Shown here: in pieces, positions 28,042 through 37,087 of the stretch | How the letters are laid out: the number at the start of each line of letters is the position of its first letter | Position numbering within the stretch: the first letter of the stretch is position 1 | Source of the DNA: Flavobacteriales bacterium | GTDB lineage: Bacteria > Bacteroidota > Bacteroidia > Flavobacteriales_H > JAHEZO01 | DNA: 39,917 bases | Reading direction: 5' to 3' | Assembly: GCA_023250995.1 (NCBI GenBank) | Contig: JAHEZO010000006.1 | Coordinates: 1 to 39,917 of the forward strand | The notes under the pieces: generated by a model | What the model saw: the letters and a program-made list of their open reading frames with translations, nothing else | Database searches by the model: none | What the model was told of the DNA's origin: nothing | Position numbers and translations under genes: made by a program

Positions 28042-28049
28042 GAGTGAAA

Positions 28050-28307
28050 TTATTTTAAAAAAAATTTAGCGGGGTTAATCGGTTGGCTTATTTCATAGAG
28101 ATATTCTGGTGCAAAATCTGCACCGTTATCCCACTCAATAGTATTGAAGGCAATTTTAAATGACTTAAACAAATTTAAGTCTTGCAACGGTAAGAACACT
28201 TGCCCTTGAAGCGAATTTTTTAAATCAACTATTTTTTTTTCTCCGTTATTAAACAGGATTTCTAATTGATAATCTTTAATATGATTTGCTGATTTTACTT
28301 CTAACAT
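28050..28307 (-). CDS. DUF2442 family protein (putative antitoxin)
   Basis: DYQLEILFNNG..K.VDL...VF.PL.D...F...TIEWDNGADFAPEYLY. Confidence 0.88.
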   Translation of the reverse strand: MLEVKSANHIKDYQLEILFNNGEKKIVDLKNSLQGQVFLPLQDLNLFKSFKIAFNTIEWDNGADFAPEYLYEISQPINPAKFFLK

Positions 28308-28313
28308 AATTAA

Positions 28314-28571
28314 TTAATTTAAAGGTTCAATTTTTTTTAAAGGAACTTTGTTTTTTGCATTTTCCCAGTTTTGCATTAGTTCATCCCGGTGAATTTCCAT
28401 CCAATCAAAAATTATTTTCAACGCTCGCTGAGGCATTTGTCCGTTTACAACACCTTCCATTATGGTTACGGTAATTTTATAATCACCATACCAAACATGG
28501 AAATGGGGAGGATTATGGTCGTTGTAGTTCATAAAGATGAACAATCCGTAAAACCTGCTTATTTCCGGCAT
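28314..28571 (-). CDS. DUF4160 family protein (putative toxin)
   Basis: MPEISRFYG..I.M.YNDHNPPHFHV.YG...W...H.DELMQNW...IEPL; real start likely ATG 28571 rather than 28619. Confidence 0.9.
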   Translation of the reverse strand: MPEISRFYGLFIFMNYNDHNPPHFHVWYGDYKITVTIMEGVVNGQMPQRALKIIFDWMEIHRDELMQNWENAKNKVPLKKIEPLN

Positions 28572-28787
28572 GGATTGAAGTTTTTTTTCTTGAAAATAAT
28601 TTTCGTCATCATGGCTCATTACCGGACACTTAAGGAGAAACTTCTGAAATATTCAACGATTTTAAAAAAATGCCACAACCCATAAAAAAGAAGTTTGCCA
28701 ATTGTTCTGATTATTGCTTCCTTAAGTCTAAAATTAAGGTGTCAAATTTAACATTAGGGAAAGGATTAAAAAAACTTTTTTTAAAAC

Positions 28788-28803
28788 CGTGATTGGCATC
28801 ACG
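28788..28803. promoter_or_regulatory. Crp/Fnr-type palindrome CGTGA-TTGGCA-TCACG
   Basis: Perfect 5-bp arms with N6 spacer. Confidence 0.5.
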
Positions 28804-28960
28804 TAATTGAGAGCTGTTTAATGGTTAAAATTGCATTTACAAAAGAAATTCTCTGACCCCATCCAAAGTGGCCCCCAGGACAGAAACTTCATCCGCTGCA
28901 TAATAATTTTTCATGGAGCGGTTGTTTTTTTAGCAAGGCGGGAAAAAAGAATAAAAACTG

Positions 28961-29671
28961 CTAATTGCTGCATATTTCTTCAAGTTTCTTTTTGTCAATA
29001 ATTTTAATTTTTCTTCCCTTGAGAGAAATGATTCCTTCCCTTTTAAATTCAGCAAGTGTTCTGCTTGCGCTGGCAATGGTCATCCCGGAAAGGGAAGAAA
29101 GATCATCTCTTCTGAGCAAGGTATTCAATGTTTTCCCATCCGAATTATCAACTCCATATGAATTAAATAATTCAAGCAGGGCTTCCGCCAATCGTGCTTT
29201 CAGCTGTTTTTGCGAAAGTATTATTGTTTTCCGGTGAGCTAATGAAAGTTCTTTTGCTAAAAATGCCATTACTTTCATTGATAATTCCGGGTTACCCTGA
29301 AGGACTTTTAAAAAATTGCTTTTATCAATAATGCAAACGGATGAGTCAACAAGGGCAACTGCCCGGGTGGTATATTTTTCATCGGCCATCATTTCGGTAA
29401 AACCTAAAAAATCAACCGGCTTTTTCAATTCTACTATTATTTCCTTTTCCTTTTCTCCCGAGATAACAATTTTTACTTTTCCTGAGTTCAGGCAAATTAG
29501 GCCAAAGGGATTTAATCCTTCCTTATAAATTGTCTCCCCGGTTTTATAATTTACAATGGTACGTGTTTTTTCCAGAGTTTCTAGCTCCCCATAGCTTAAA
29601 TTGCAAATGAGCGAAAATCCCTTTTTGGTGCAATTCATACACGTGTTCTGATCATTTGATCTTTCAATCAT
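28961..29671 (-). CDS. Crp/Fnr family transcriptional regulator with N-terminal Cys cluster
   Basis: CMNC-x8-C, cNMP-fold (YKTGETIYKEG...SGKVKI), RLAEALL, HTH (RDDLSSLSGMTIASASRTLAEF). Confidence 0.93.
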   Translation of the reverse strand: MIERSNDQNTCMNCTKKGFSLICNLSYGELETLEKTRTIVNYKTGETIYKEGLNPFGLICLNSGKVKIVISGEKEKEIIVELKKPVDFLGFTEMMADEKYTTRAVALVDSSVCIIDKSNFLKVLQGNPELSMKVMAFLAKELSLAHRKTIILSQKQLKARLAEALLELFNSYGVDNSDGKTLNTLLRRDDLSSLSGMTIASASRTLAEFKREGIISLKGRKIKIIDKKKLEEICSN

Positions 29672-29743
29672 TTTTGTTTTTGTTTTTCAAAACAAAGAAA
29701 TGTTCCGGCATCAAAAAAAAACATGAGATCAAACATATTTTTT

Positions 29744-29759
29744 TATGATAAATGTCATA
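29744..29759. promoter_or_regulatory. Crp/Fnr-type palindrome TATGA-TAAATG-TCATA in the divergent promoter
   Basis: Perfect 5-bp arms with N6 spacer between regulator and coxB; weaker ATGA-GATCAA-ACAT at 29723-29736. Confidence 0.65.
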
Positions 29760-29857
29760 GACCCGAATTAAAATTGTTGTTTTTTTTGCTTCGAAAATTT
29801 GTTATAAAACAATTTTTATTTTGACGAAGGACAGTAAATAAATTTATTCAAAAGAAA

Positions 29858-30559
29858 ATGACCCTGTTCCCAGAAGACATAAGCACCTACGGCCATGAGA
29901 TAGATAATCTCTTTTATCTCATTTTAATTTTTTCAGGTCTTGCATTCATCATCAGTTTGTTTGCCCTTTTATACCCGGTTTTTATAAAAAGGGCAAAGGC
30001 AAATTATTTTACGGGAGATAAATGGAGCCATGTAAAATGGGTCGCCATACCTGTTATACTCCTTGCAGGAGCAGATTTTGTAATCCTTTATGTAGAACAC
30101 GGAACCTGGAAAAAGGTAGAGGAAAGTCCGGCAAAAACCGATTTGCAAATTGGAATTACGGGCCGTCAATGGAACTGGATTTTTACCTATCCCGGGCCCG
30201 ATAATCAGCTTTACACCAGCGATGATATTGTGGTGGATGAAATGGATGGGTCACTGCACGTTCCGGTAAATAAAACTGTTGAAATAAATCTTCGGGCAAG
30301 AGATGTAATTCATAGTTTTTCAGTTCCAAATCTCCGCTTTAAACAGGATGCCTTGCCTGGGAGAAATATTACAAGATGGATTCAGGCAACCAAGGCAGGT
30401 AAATTTGAAATTCAATGTGCCGAAATCTGCGGTATACTTCACGGAAAAATGCGCAATTTTCTTTTAGTTGAATCAGAATCCGATTACCTTAATTATTTGA
30501 AAGGTTTGATAAAGCCCGAGAAAAAAGAAACTGCAGATCTTGTTTCAGTATCAAAATAA
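29858..30559 (+). CDS. coxB: Heme-copper oxidase subunit II (CuA), no cytochrome c domain
   Basis: Two TM helices, GRQWNWIFTY, DVIHSF, CAEICGILHGKM. Confidence 0.93.
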   Translation: MTLFPEDISTYGHEIDNLFYLILIFSGLAFIISLFALLYPVFIKRAKANYFTGDKWSHVKWVAIPVILLAGADFVILYVEHGTWKKVEESPAKTDLQIGITGRQWNWIFTYPGPDNQLYTSDDIVVDEMDGSLHVPVNKTVEINLRARDVIHSFSVPNLRFKQDALPGRNITRWIQATKAGKFEIQCAEICGILHGKMRNFLLVESESDYLNYLKGLIKPEKKETADLVSVSK

Positions 30560-30586
30560 TTTACCAATAAATTAGAATTATTGTTT

Positions 30587-32269
30587 ATGAGCACCACCAA
30601 GGAAGGATTCTGGAGAAAGTATGTTTTTTCAACCGATCATAAGATAATTGGAAAACAATATACCATAACCGGACTAATTATGGCCTTGGTGGGCGGATAT
30701 TTAGCCTATGTTTTCAGAATGAATCTGGCCTTTCCCGGAAAGGCGATTCCTGTTTTCGGAGAGTTGGGCCCGCAGCAATACAATGCCTTTGTTACCATTC
30801 ACGGAATGATCATGTTTTTTTGGGTGGCCATGCCAATCCTACTTGCAGGTTTAGGAAATCTGTTGATCCCTTTAATGATAGGAACCGATGACATGGCCTT
30901 CCCCACAGTCAATATGATATCATTCTGGATTTTTCTTTTGAGCACAATAATTCTAATTGCTTCTTTTTTTGTTCCTGGCGGGGCCTCGGCAGGAGGCTGG
31001 ACTTTATATCCTCCGCTTTCAGCCAATGGGTATGTGAATGAAAGTCCTGATTTTTTCCCTACCCTTTTTTCGGGGACACCTTTATTAATTTTAGCAGTAG
31101 CACTTGAATTTACTTCAATGTTAATGGGAGGAATAAATTTTCTTACCACTACAATAAATAAAAGAGCACCCGGCTTAACTCCTTTCCGTCTTCCCCTTTA
31201 TGTTTGGTTTTCAAATATTGCAAGTTTGATTTTTATGTTCTCCGTTGGTCCTTTGGTTGCCGGAGCCTTAATGCTTTTAATGGATATTGTTACCGGTACA
31301 GGATTTTACAATGCCTACCGCGGTGGCGATCCAATTTTGTTTCAACATCTGTTCTGGTTTTTCGGCCACCCCGAAGTTTATGTGGTGTTGCTCCCTTCAT
31401 TAGGGGTTACAGCCGAAATTATTTCCACCTTTTCCAGAAAACCCCTTTTCGCTTACAAAGGAATTATTTATTTGGCATTAATTGCAGCGGTTCTTTCTGT
31501 TGTAGTATGGGCACACCACCAGTTTATTGCCGGAATTGACCCAAGGATGGCAACATTTTTTAGCGTTGGTACAATAATTATTTCGATTCCTTTCGCAGCA
31601 ATAATACTTTCTTTCATAAGCACATTATGGGGAGGGGCCATACGTTTAAAAATGCCCATGCTTTGGGCCATTGCAGGAATGGGAACATTTCTGGTTGGGG
31701 GCCTCACAGGATTATTTCTTGGTTCCTCCACTTTTGATATTTATGCACACGATACTTATTTTGTTGTAGCCCATTTTCATTTTGTACTTATCCCTGTGGT
31801 TTTCTTTGGAACTTTTGCCGCAATTTATTACTGGTATCCAAAATTTTTCGGGAGGATGCTCGATGAACGGCTTGGAAAAATCCATCTTTTTCTCACGGTA
31901 ACATCTTTTATATTTTTTGCATTCCCCCTGTTTTTCTCCGGCCTTGGAGGTGAACACCGTAGAATTTACGAATACTCAAGTTTTAATTCGCTTATGATTG
32001 GGCCATACCCTGCAATCCGTGTTATATCAACAGTAGCAACTATTATTATGATTTCATCCCAGCTTTTAATTATCATTAATGTATTGAGGAGTTATCGAAA
32101 AGGAAAAATTGCAGGAAAAAATCCATGGGAATCAAATACGTTAGAGTGGCAAACGGATTCCCCACCACCACATGGGAATTTCGAAAGTTATCCCGAAGTT
32201 TTCAGAGGTGCTTACGATTTTAGTTTGCCCGGAAAAGAGAAGGATTTTTTTCCGCAAAATGAAAAGTAA
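30587..32269 (+). CDS. coxA: A-family (GHPEVY) heme-copper oxidase subunit I, K-channel residues absent
   Basis: STDHKIIG, TIHG, DMAFP..N, GWTLYPPL, FWFFGHPEVY, WAHH, HDTYFVVAHFH, RR, NPW...LEW. ATG 30587 likely start. Confidence 0.95.
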   Translation: MSTTKEGFWRKYVFSTDHKIIGKQYTITGLIMALVGGYLAYVFRMNLAFPGKAIPVFGELGPQQYNAFVTIHGMIMFFWVAMPILLAGLGNLLIPLMIGTDDMAFPTVNMISFWIFLLSTIILIASFFVPGGASAGGWTLYPPLSANGYVNESPDFFPTLFSGTPLLILAVALEFTSMLMGGINFLTTTINKRAPGLTPFRLPLYVWFSNIASLIFMFSVGPLVAGALMLLMDIVTGTGFYNAYRGGDPILFQHLFWFFGHPEVYVVLLPSLGVTAEIISTFSRKPLFAYKGIIYLALIAAVLSVVVWAHHQFIAGIDPRMATFFSVGTIIISIPFAAIILSFISTLWGGAIRLKMPMLWAIAGMGTFLVGGLTGLFLGSSTFDIYAHDTYFVVAHFHFVLIPVVFFGTFAAIYYWYPKFFGRMLDERLGKIHLFLTVTSFIFFAFPLFFSGLGGEHRRIYEYSSFNSLMIGPYPAIRVISTVATIIMISSQLLIIINVLRSYRKGKIAGKNPWESNTLEWQTDSPPPHGNFESYPEVFRGAYDFSLPGKEKDFFPQNEK

Positions 32270-32290
32270 GAATTTTTATTCAAAATTGCC

Positions 32291-32896
32291 ATGTCTCAAA
32301 CAACCGTTTCCGTTCCAGCTGCAAGATACATCCCTCAGGGCCGATTAGGCATCTGGATTCTTATAGCCGGGGAGTTAATTATTTTCGGGGGGCTTATTGC
32401 ATGCTACCTTTTATATCGCCTTCGTTTCCCCGAATGGGGTGCCCAGGCAGCCCACACCTCCACCCTTCTGGGGGCAATAAATACCCTTGTGCTTTTAACC
32501 AGCAGCTATACCATTGTTAGAGCTCATTCGGCCTCCCTCGAAAGGGAAAAAACAAAAATTATCAAATGGATGATTGCCACCATTTCACTTGGGTTTGTTT
32601 TTCTTGCTATTAAAACTATCGAGTACTCAAATGAAATAAGCCATGGATTCACCCTTACCAGCCCTTCACTCGTGAAGGCAGGAGATTCCGTTGGCGCCAA
32701 CTTCTGGTCATTTTATTATTTCATGACCGGATTGCACGCTACTCATGTGATTGTAGGTATGATCATAATGACTGCTGCAATTTTTCAGGTTAAAAAAGAA
32801 AAAAATTTTCACCGTGTGGAACTTGCCGGACTTTACTGGCACATGGTTGACATTATTTGGATTTTCCTATTCCCCTTACTTTATATTGCAAAATAA
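32291..32896 (+). CDS. Heme-copper oxidase subunit III family (short form), paralogue 1
   Basis: GIWILIAGE..IFGGL, NT.VLLTSS, TGLHATHV, GLYWHMVDIIW. Confidence 0.9.
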   Translation: MSQTTVSVPAARYIPQGRLGIWILIAGELIIFGGLIACYLLYRLRFPEWGAQAAHTSTLLGAINTLVLLTSSYTIVRAHSASLEREKTKIIKWMIATISLGFVFLAIKTIEYSNEISHGFTLTSPSLVKAGDSVGANFWSFYYFMTGLHATHVIVGMIIMTAAIFQVKKEKNFHRVELAGLYWHMVDIIWIFLFPLLYIAK

Positions 32897-32905
32897 ATTT
32901 TTCTT

Positions 32906-33244
32906 ATGAATAATTACAGAGAATCTCACGAAGGCGTAATTCAACCCGAGCCGGAAACGGATTATCACGGCCATCCGAATTATACCAAAGTATTTTTTGC
33001 CCTGATCGGATTGCTTGCTTTTAGTTTGGTGCTTGGGTTTTTCACCTCTCCAATGATTGCAGTTTCACTTATTTTCTTTGTTGCAATTATTAAGGCAGGT
33101 TTTGTTGTAGGTAATTTTATGCATTTAAAATTCGAACCTATTTTAATTTGGATTGTGATTGGCGTAGTAATATTTATTCTTGCCACTTTTTTTCTTTGCC
33201 TTCTGCCGGATGTAACTTTTGTGGAGCGGATTCTTGCAAAATGA
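32906..33244 (+). CDS. Oxidase subunit IV family protein, paralogue 1
   Basis: Three TM helices, IKAGFVVGNFMHLKFE. Confidence 0.85.
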   Translation: MNNYRESHEGVIQPEPETDYHGHPNYTKVFFALIGLLAFSLVLGFFTSPMIAVSLIFFVAIIKAGFVVGNFMHLKFEPILIWIVIGVVIFILATFFLCLLPDVTFVERILAK

Positions 33245-33278
33245 TTTTACCCGTATTCTGTAAAATATTCATATTTAA

Positions 33279-33878
33279 ATGAAAACCTTTTATCCACAAA
33301 CTCTTCAGTTAGAAAAGAATCAGGAGCAAACCATACCTAATATGGTATTGGGAATTCTTTTTTTAATCACCACTGAAATTATGTTTTTTGCCGGAATAAT
33401 AAGCGCTTTTATCGTGAATAAAGCCGGAATGGAATGGCCTCCTGAGGGACAACCCAGGCTTCCGGCAGAAGTTACAGGAATAAACACCCTGATTCTCCTT
33501 GTAAGCGGAGGAACTCTGTATTTTGCCATCAAAAGTTTTAAAAAGAACAGTTTGAAATTATCGAAGTATTTACTTTTTGCAAGCATATTTTTTGGAGGAA
33601 TGTTTTTGATTGTTCAGGGAAAGGAATGGATAAAATTAATCGGCTTTGGACTCACAACCACTTCAAGCATTTACGGAGCTTTTTTTTATTTCATTATTGG
33701 CACCCACGGGGTACATGCATTGGCCGGATTGTTTCTTTTGGTTTATTTATTTTTCAAAGTAAAAAACATTAAATCCATTCAAATGGATTTTTTAGAAAAA
33801 TTCTCTGCCTTCAGTTTGTTCTGGTCTTTCGTTGTGTGTATTTGGCCCGTTCTATATTGGCTGGTGTACCTGAATTAA
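33279..33878 (+). CDS. Heme-copper oxidase subunit III family (short form), paralogue 2
   Basis: TEIMFFAG, WPP..QPRLP, NTLILL.S, Q..EW, GTHGVH, FWSFVVCIW. Confidence 0.88.
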   Translation: MKTFYPQTLQLEKNQEQTIPNMVLGILFLITTEIMFFAGIISAFIVNKAGMEWPPEGQPRLPAEVTGINTLILLVSGGTLYFAIKSFKKNSLKLSKYLLFASIFFGGMFLIVQGKEWIKLIGFGLTTTSSIYGAFFYFIIGTHGVHALAGLFLLVYLFFKVKNIKSIQMDFLEKFSAFSLFWSFVVCIWPVLYWLVYLN

Positions 33879-33881
33879 AAT

Positions 33882-34109
33882 ATGAAAAAAACACTTCTTT
33901 TATTTTTCTTTTTATTCCTTCTTCCCATTATTCTTCAAAATTTGGGTATGGGTGTAGCAATGGCCTGCAGCGTTTGCAGGGGTGGTGCAACCAAACCTGA
34001 GCTTGATGCATACCTTATTACCATTGTAATCCTTGGATTATTACCAATAATAATCGGCATCGGGCTTTTCACCTGGATTTTCCGCAAAAAGGTTTCTAAA
34101 AACCAATGA
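33882..34109 (+). CDS. Small exported CxxC protein with C-terminal membrane anchor
   Basis: Signal-like N-terminus ending AMA, then CSVC, then a TM helix and basic tail; 3 nt after the previous stop. Confidence 0.65.
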   Translation: MKKTLLLFFFLFLLPIILQNLGMGVAMACSVCRGGATKPELDAYLITIVILGLLPIIIGIGLFTWIFRKKVSKNQ

Positions 34110-34245
34110 GAAAAATCGCAATTCTTACTAAAAAGATTTGGTAATCGCAACCGAATGATTTTTTTTGGTAAAATTGCAGGCCAAAAAAATTTATTTACAG
34201 GTAACTGAAAAGGTAATTATTCTTTTTTCAATATCCAATTTGAAA

Positions 34246-35139
34246 ATGACTCCCAAAACCGAATCGCTTTCCTTTCCCTCTATTATTTTAGCTAAGGTTT
34301 CCGATTTCGGACAATTGGTAAAATTGAGGCTCACCCTTCTTGTGCTCTTTTCTGCGGTGGCAGGATACATTCTGGGAGCAAATGTTTTTCTTTGGACCGA
34401 TTTGTTTTTCCTGATGGTTGGAGGCTTTTTGGTTACCGGCTCTTCCAATGCATTTAACCAGATAATAGAAAAGGAAACGGATAAGCTGATGGACCGGACT
34501 GCAAATCGCCCTCTTCCATCGGGTAGGATGATGGTATCGGAGGCCTTTGTGTTCGCTGCACTTATGGGAATAACCGGAGTAATTATTCTTTGGTTTTTTT
34601 TAAATCCGTTAAGCGGACTGCTGGGTTCATTGGCTCTGTTAATTTATGTTGCCATTTATACACCGCTTAAAAAAATTTCTCCCATAGCCGTTTTTGTAGG
34701 AGCATTCCCAGGGGCAATTCCCCCCCTTTTGGGTTGGGTAGCTGCTACCGGAAAATTTGGTGTGGAGCCCGGAGTATTATTTGCAATCCAATTCATTTGG
34801 CAATTTATCCACTTCTGGGCACTGGCCTGGAAACTGGATGGAGATTATAAAAAGGCCGGCTTCCGCTTATTGCCATCAGCAGGAGGGAAAAATAAATCCA
34901 CGGCCTTTCAGATTCTGGTTTATTCCTGTTTTTTAGTTCCTGCCGGCTTACTTCCTCTTATGTTTAATATTTCAGGTTATGTTTCCGCTGTTATTTCTAT
35001 TCTGGCCGGAGGGCTGGTGATTGTTAAAGCCGTAAAATTTTATTTCTCCTGTGATGATAAGGATGCTTTAAAATTAATGATTGCCGCTTATTTATATTTG
35101 CCGGTTATTTTACTGGCATATGTTTTTGACAAAGTTTGA
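34246..35139 (+). CDS. cyoE: Protoheme IX farnesyltransferase (heme O synthase)
   Basis: KLRL, NQIIE.ETDKLMDRTANRPLPSG, YTPLK, GAFPGAIPP, WQF.HF, DYKKAG. ATG 34246 preferred over 34165. Confidence 0.95.
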   Translation: MTPKTESLSFPSIILAKVSDFGQLVKLRLTLLVLFSAVAGYILGANVFLWTDLFFLMVGGFLVTGSSNAFNQIIEKETDKLMDRTANRPLPSGRMMVSEAFVFAALMGITGVIILWFFLNPLSGLLGSLALLIYVAIYTPLKKISPIAVFVGAFPGAIPPLLGWVAATGKFGVEPGVLFAIQFIWQFIHFWALAWKLDGDYKKAGFRLLPSAGGKNKSTAFQILVYSCFLVPAGLLPLMFNISGYVSAVISILAGGLVIVKAVKFYFSCDDKDALKLMIAAYLYLPVILLAYVFDKV

Positions 35140-35747
35140 CTAACATGAAAGCCGTTTCGGAAAATACCTTATTTCAGGAAGAAGAGCATTTGATTGCATC
35201 AAAAAGCAGAACTTCAAAATCCTTGTTATGGTTGGGAATTGTTAGCATTGTTATGCTTTTTGCCGGTCTTACGAGTGCTTACATTATCAGGCAAGCTAAA
35301 GGAGAATGGCTTAAATTTGATATTCCTTTTCAGTTTTATATCAGTACTGTACTTATCCTGCTCAGCAGCATTACACTTTTCGTTGCCGGCTCATCGGCAA
35401 AAAAAGATAAATATGGAGCAGTTACATTAAATGTTGGTGCGGCTGCTTTGCTCGGAACCGGCTTTATTGTTTCGCAATTTCTGGGTTGGGGTGCCATGGT
35501 TAAAAGCGGAATTTTTTTTACGGGGCCGGGAAGCAATGTATCTGCTTCATTTCTTTATGTTATTACCGCACTTCACGCAGCCCATGCTTTTGCCGGAATT
35601 ATTTCACTGATGATAATTTTTTTTAATTCCCTGAAAAACAAATACAATTCTAAAAATTTATTGGGCCTTCACCTTGGTTCAACTTATTGGCATTTTTTAG
35701 GTGCACTTTGGATTTATTTATTATTATTTTTGCAATTTATCAGATAA
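35136..35747 (+). CDS. Cytochrome c oxidase subunit III family, paralogue 3 (Bacteroidota type)
   Basis: SIVMLFAGLTSAYI, SFLYVIT.LH.AH, YWHFLG.LWIYL. Confidence 0.9.
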   Translation: MTNMKAVSENTLFQEEEHLIASKSRTSKSLLWLGIVSIVMLFAGLTSAYIIRQAKGEWLKFDIPFQFYISTVLILLSSITLFVAGSSAKKDKYGAVTLNVGAAALLGTGFIVSQFLGWGAMVKSGIFFTGPGSNVSASFLYVITALHAAHAFAGIISLMIIFFNSLKNKYNSKNLLGLHLGSTYWHFLGALWIYLLLFLQFIR

Positions 35748-35800
35748 AAAATACAGTTATCATTTTATCCCCAATTCCCAAATTTTAACTAAATCATATT

Positions 35801-36610
35801 ATGTCAGGCGAAGCTTCAAAAACAATTCCCACTTCCGAATTATGGGCAGGAGGACGGTCTCCTTTTAGCGTTAGTTATGGTAAAATGTATATGTGGTTTT
35901 TCCTCATATCCGATGCCCTTACTTTTGGTGGCCTTTTAACTTCGTTGGGTTTTTATAAACATAAATATGCCGATATATGGCCGGCAAGTGAAAAAGTTTT
36001 TGTTCACTTTCCCTTTTGTGGAGAAACACATCTTCCCCTTCTTTATGTGGCCCTGATGACATTTATTCTCATTGTAAGTTCAGTAACTATGGTTCTGGCT
36101 GTTGAGGCCGGCCACCGGATGAACAGGAGCAAAGTAATATTCTGGCTTGGCCTTACTGTGGTTGGAGGATTTTTCTTTTTGTTTTCCCAGGTTTGGGAAT
36201 GGTCGCATTATATTCATGGCAGCGAACTCGGGGCACTTCAACTTTCTGACGGGCAAATTGCTCATTGGGCTGACGAGGGGAAACATGCAATTATTCTTGC
36301 CAACGGAACCGCTTTGGGAGCTCAGGAATCCGCCCCTCTTATCGCCAATGCAGCGGAGGTATTCGGGGCCAACCTTCATGTGAATGAATATGGAACCCAG
36401 CTATATGCCAACTTTTTCTTTTTTGTAACCGGGTTTCATGGCTTTCACGTTTTTAGTGGTGTAGTAATTAACCTGATAATTCTAATTATGGTTATCAAAG
36501 GGGTTTGCCAGAAAAGAGGACATTATGAATTAGTTGAAAAAACCGGTCTCTACTGGCATTTTGTAGACCTTGTATGGGTATTTGTTTTTACTTTTTATTA
36601 TCTACTGTAA
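35801..36610 (+). CDS. Cytochrome c oxidase subunit III family, paralogue 4 (Bacteroidota type)
   Basis: GG.SPF.VSYGKM.MWFFL.SDALTF, TGFHGFHV, GLYWHFVDLVWVFVF. Confidence 0.92.
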   Translation: MSGEASKTIPTSELWAGGRSPFSVSYGKMYMWFFLISDALTFGGLLTSLGFYKHKYADIWPASEKVFVHFPFCGETHLPLLYVALMTFILIVSSVTMVLAVEAGHRMNRSKVIFWLGLTVVGGFFFLFSQVWEWSHYIHGSELGALQLSDGQIAHWADEGKHAIILANGTALGAQESAPLIANAAEVFGANLHVNEYGTQLYANFFFFVTGFHGFHVFSGVVINLIILIMVIKGVCQKRGHYELVEKTGLYWHFVDLVWVFVFTFYYLL

Positions 36611-36648
36611 TTTCTCATTGTAAAATTTTATTCAAGAATTTTTAAACC

Positions 36649-37020
36649 ATGGAAAGAGACGATATTATTGAATATTCGCTGGATGCTCATCATAGCGAGG
36701 AGGAGGGAAAAGCCCTTAGAAAAAAAATTGTTTTTGTTACCATTCTTTTAGCCACAGTAACAGCTATTGAGGTGTTGCTGGGAGTATGGTGGAGTAGTTT
36801 GCATCTCCCCTGGACCATGGTAAAACTGGGTTTTATTGGTATGACTCTTTTAAAGGCAGGATATATTGTGCTTGTGTTCATGCACCTGGGAGATGAAAGA
36901 AAATCGTTGAAATGGGCTATCCTGGGGCCTTACATGCTTTTCATCAGTTACCTTATTTTTATTTGCCTTACCGAAGCCATGAAATTATATGACCTCCGGC
37001 ATTTGTTCGGCTGGCTTTGA
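36649..37020 (+). CDS. Cytochrome c oxidase subunit IV family, paralogue 2
   Basis: VTAIEV, TLLKAGYIVLVFMHLGDE. Confidence 0.88.
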   Translation: MERDDIIEYSLDAHHSEEEGKALRKKIVFVTILLATVTAIEVLLGVWWSSLHLPWTMVKLGFIGMTLLKAGYIVLVFMHLGDERKSLKWAILGPYMLFISYLIFICLTEAMKLYDLRHLFGWL

Positions 37021-37087
37021 ATAATACAATAATATTCCCAAAAGCGTTTTATAGTTTTCCTTCCTTGATTTCTATTTTCAGGAATTT

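Noticed and set aside
30587-32269. Classical cNOR/qNOR or B/C-family oxidase
   Set aside because: Retains A-type GHPEVY with Tyr, D-channel residues, a CuA subunit II and subunit III; no NOR-type active-site Glu in place of the Tyr.
33963-33980. Heme c binding motif in the small CxxC protein
   Set aside because: CSVCR lacks the His of CxxCH.
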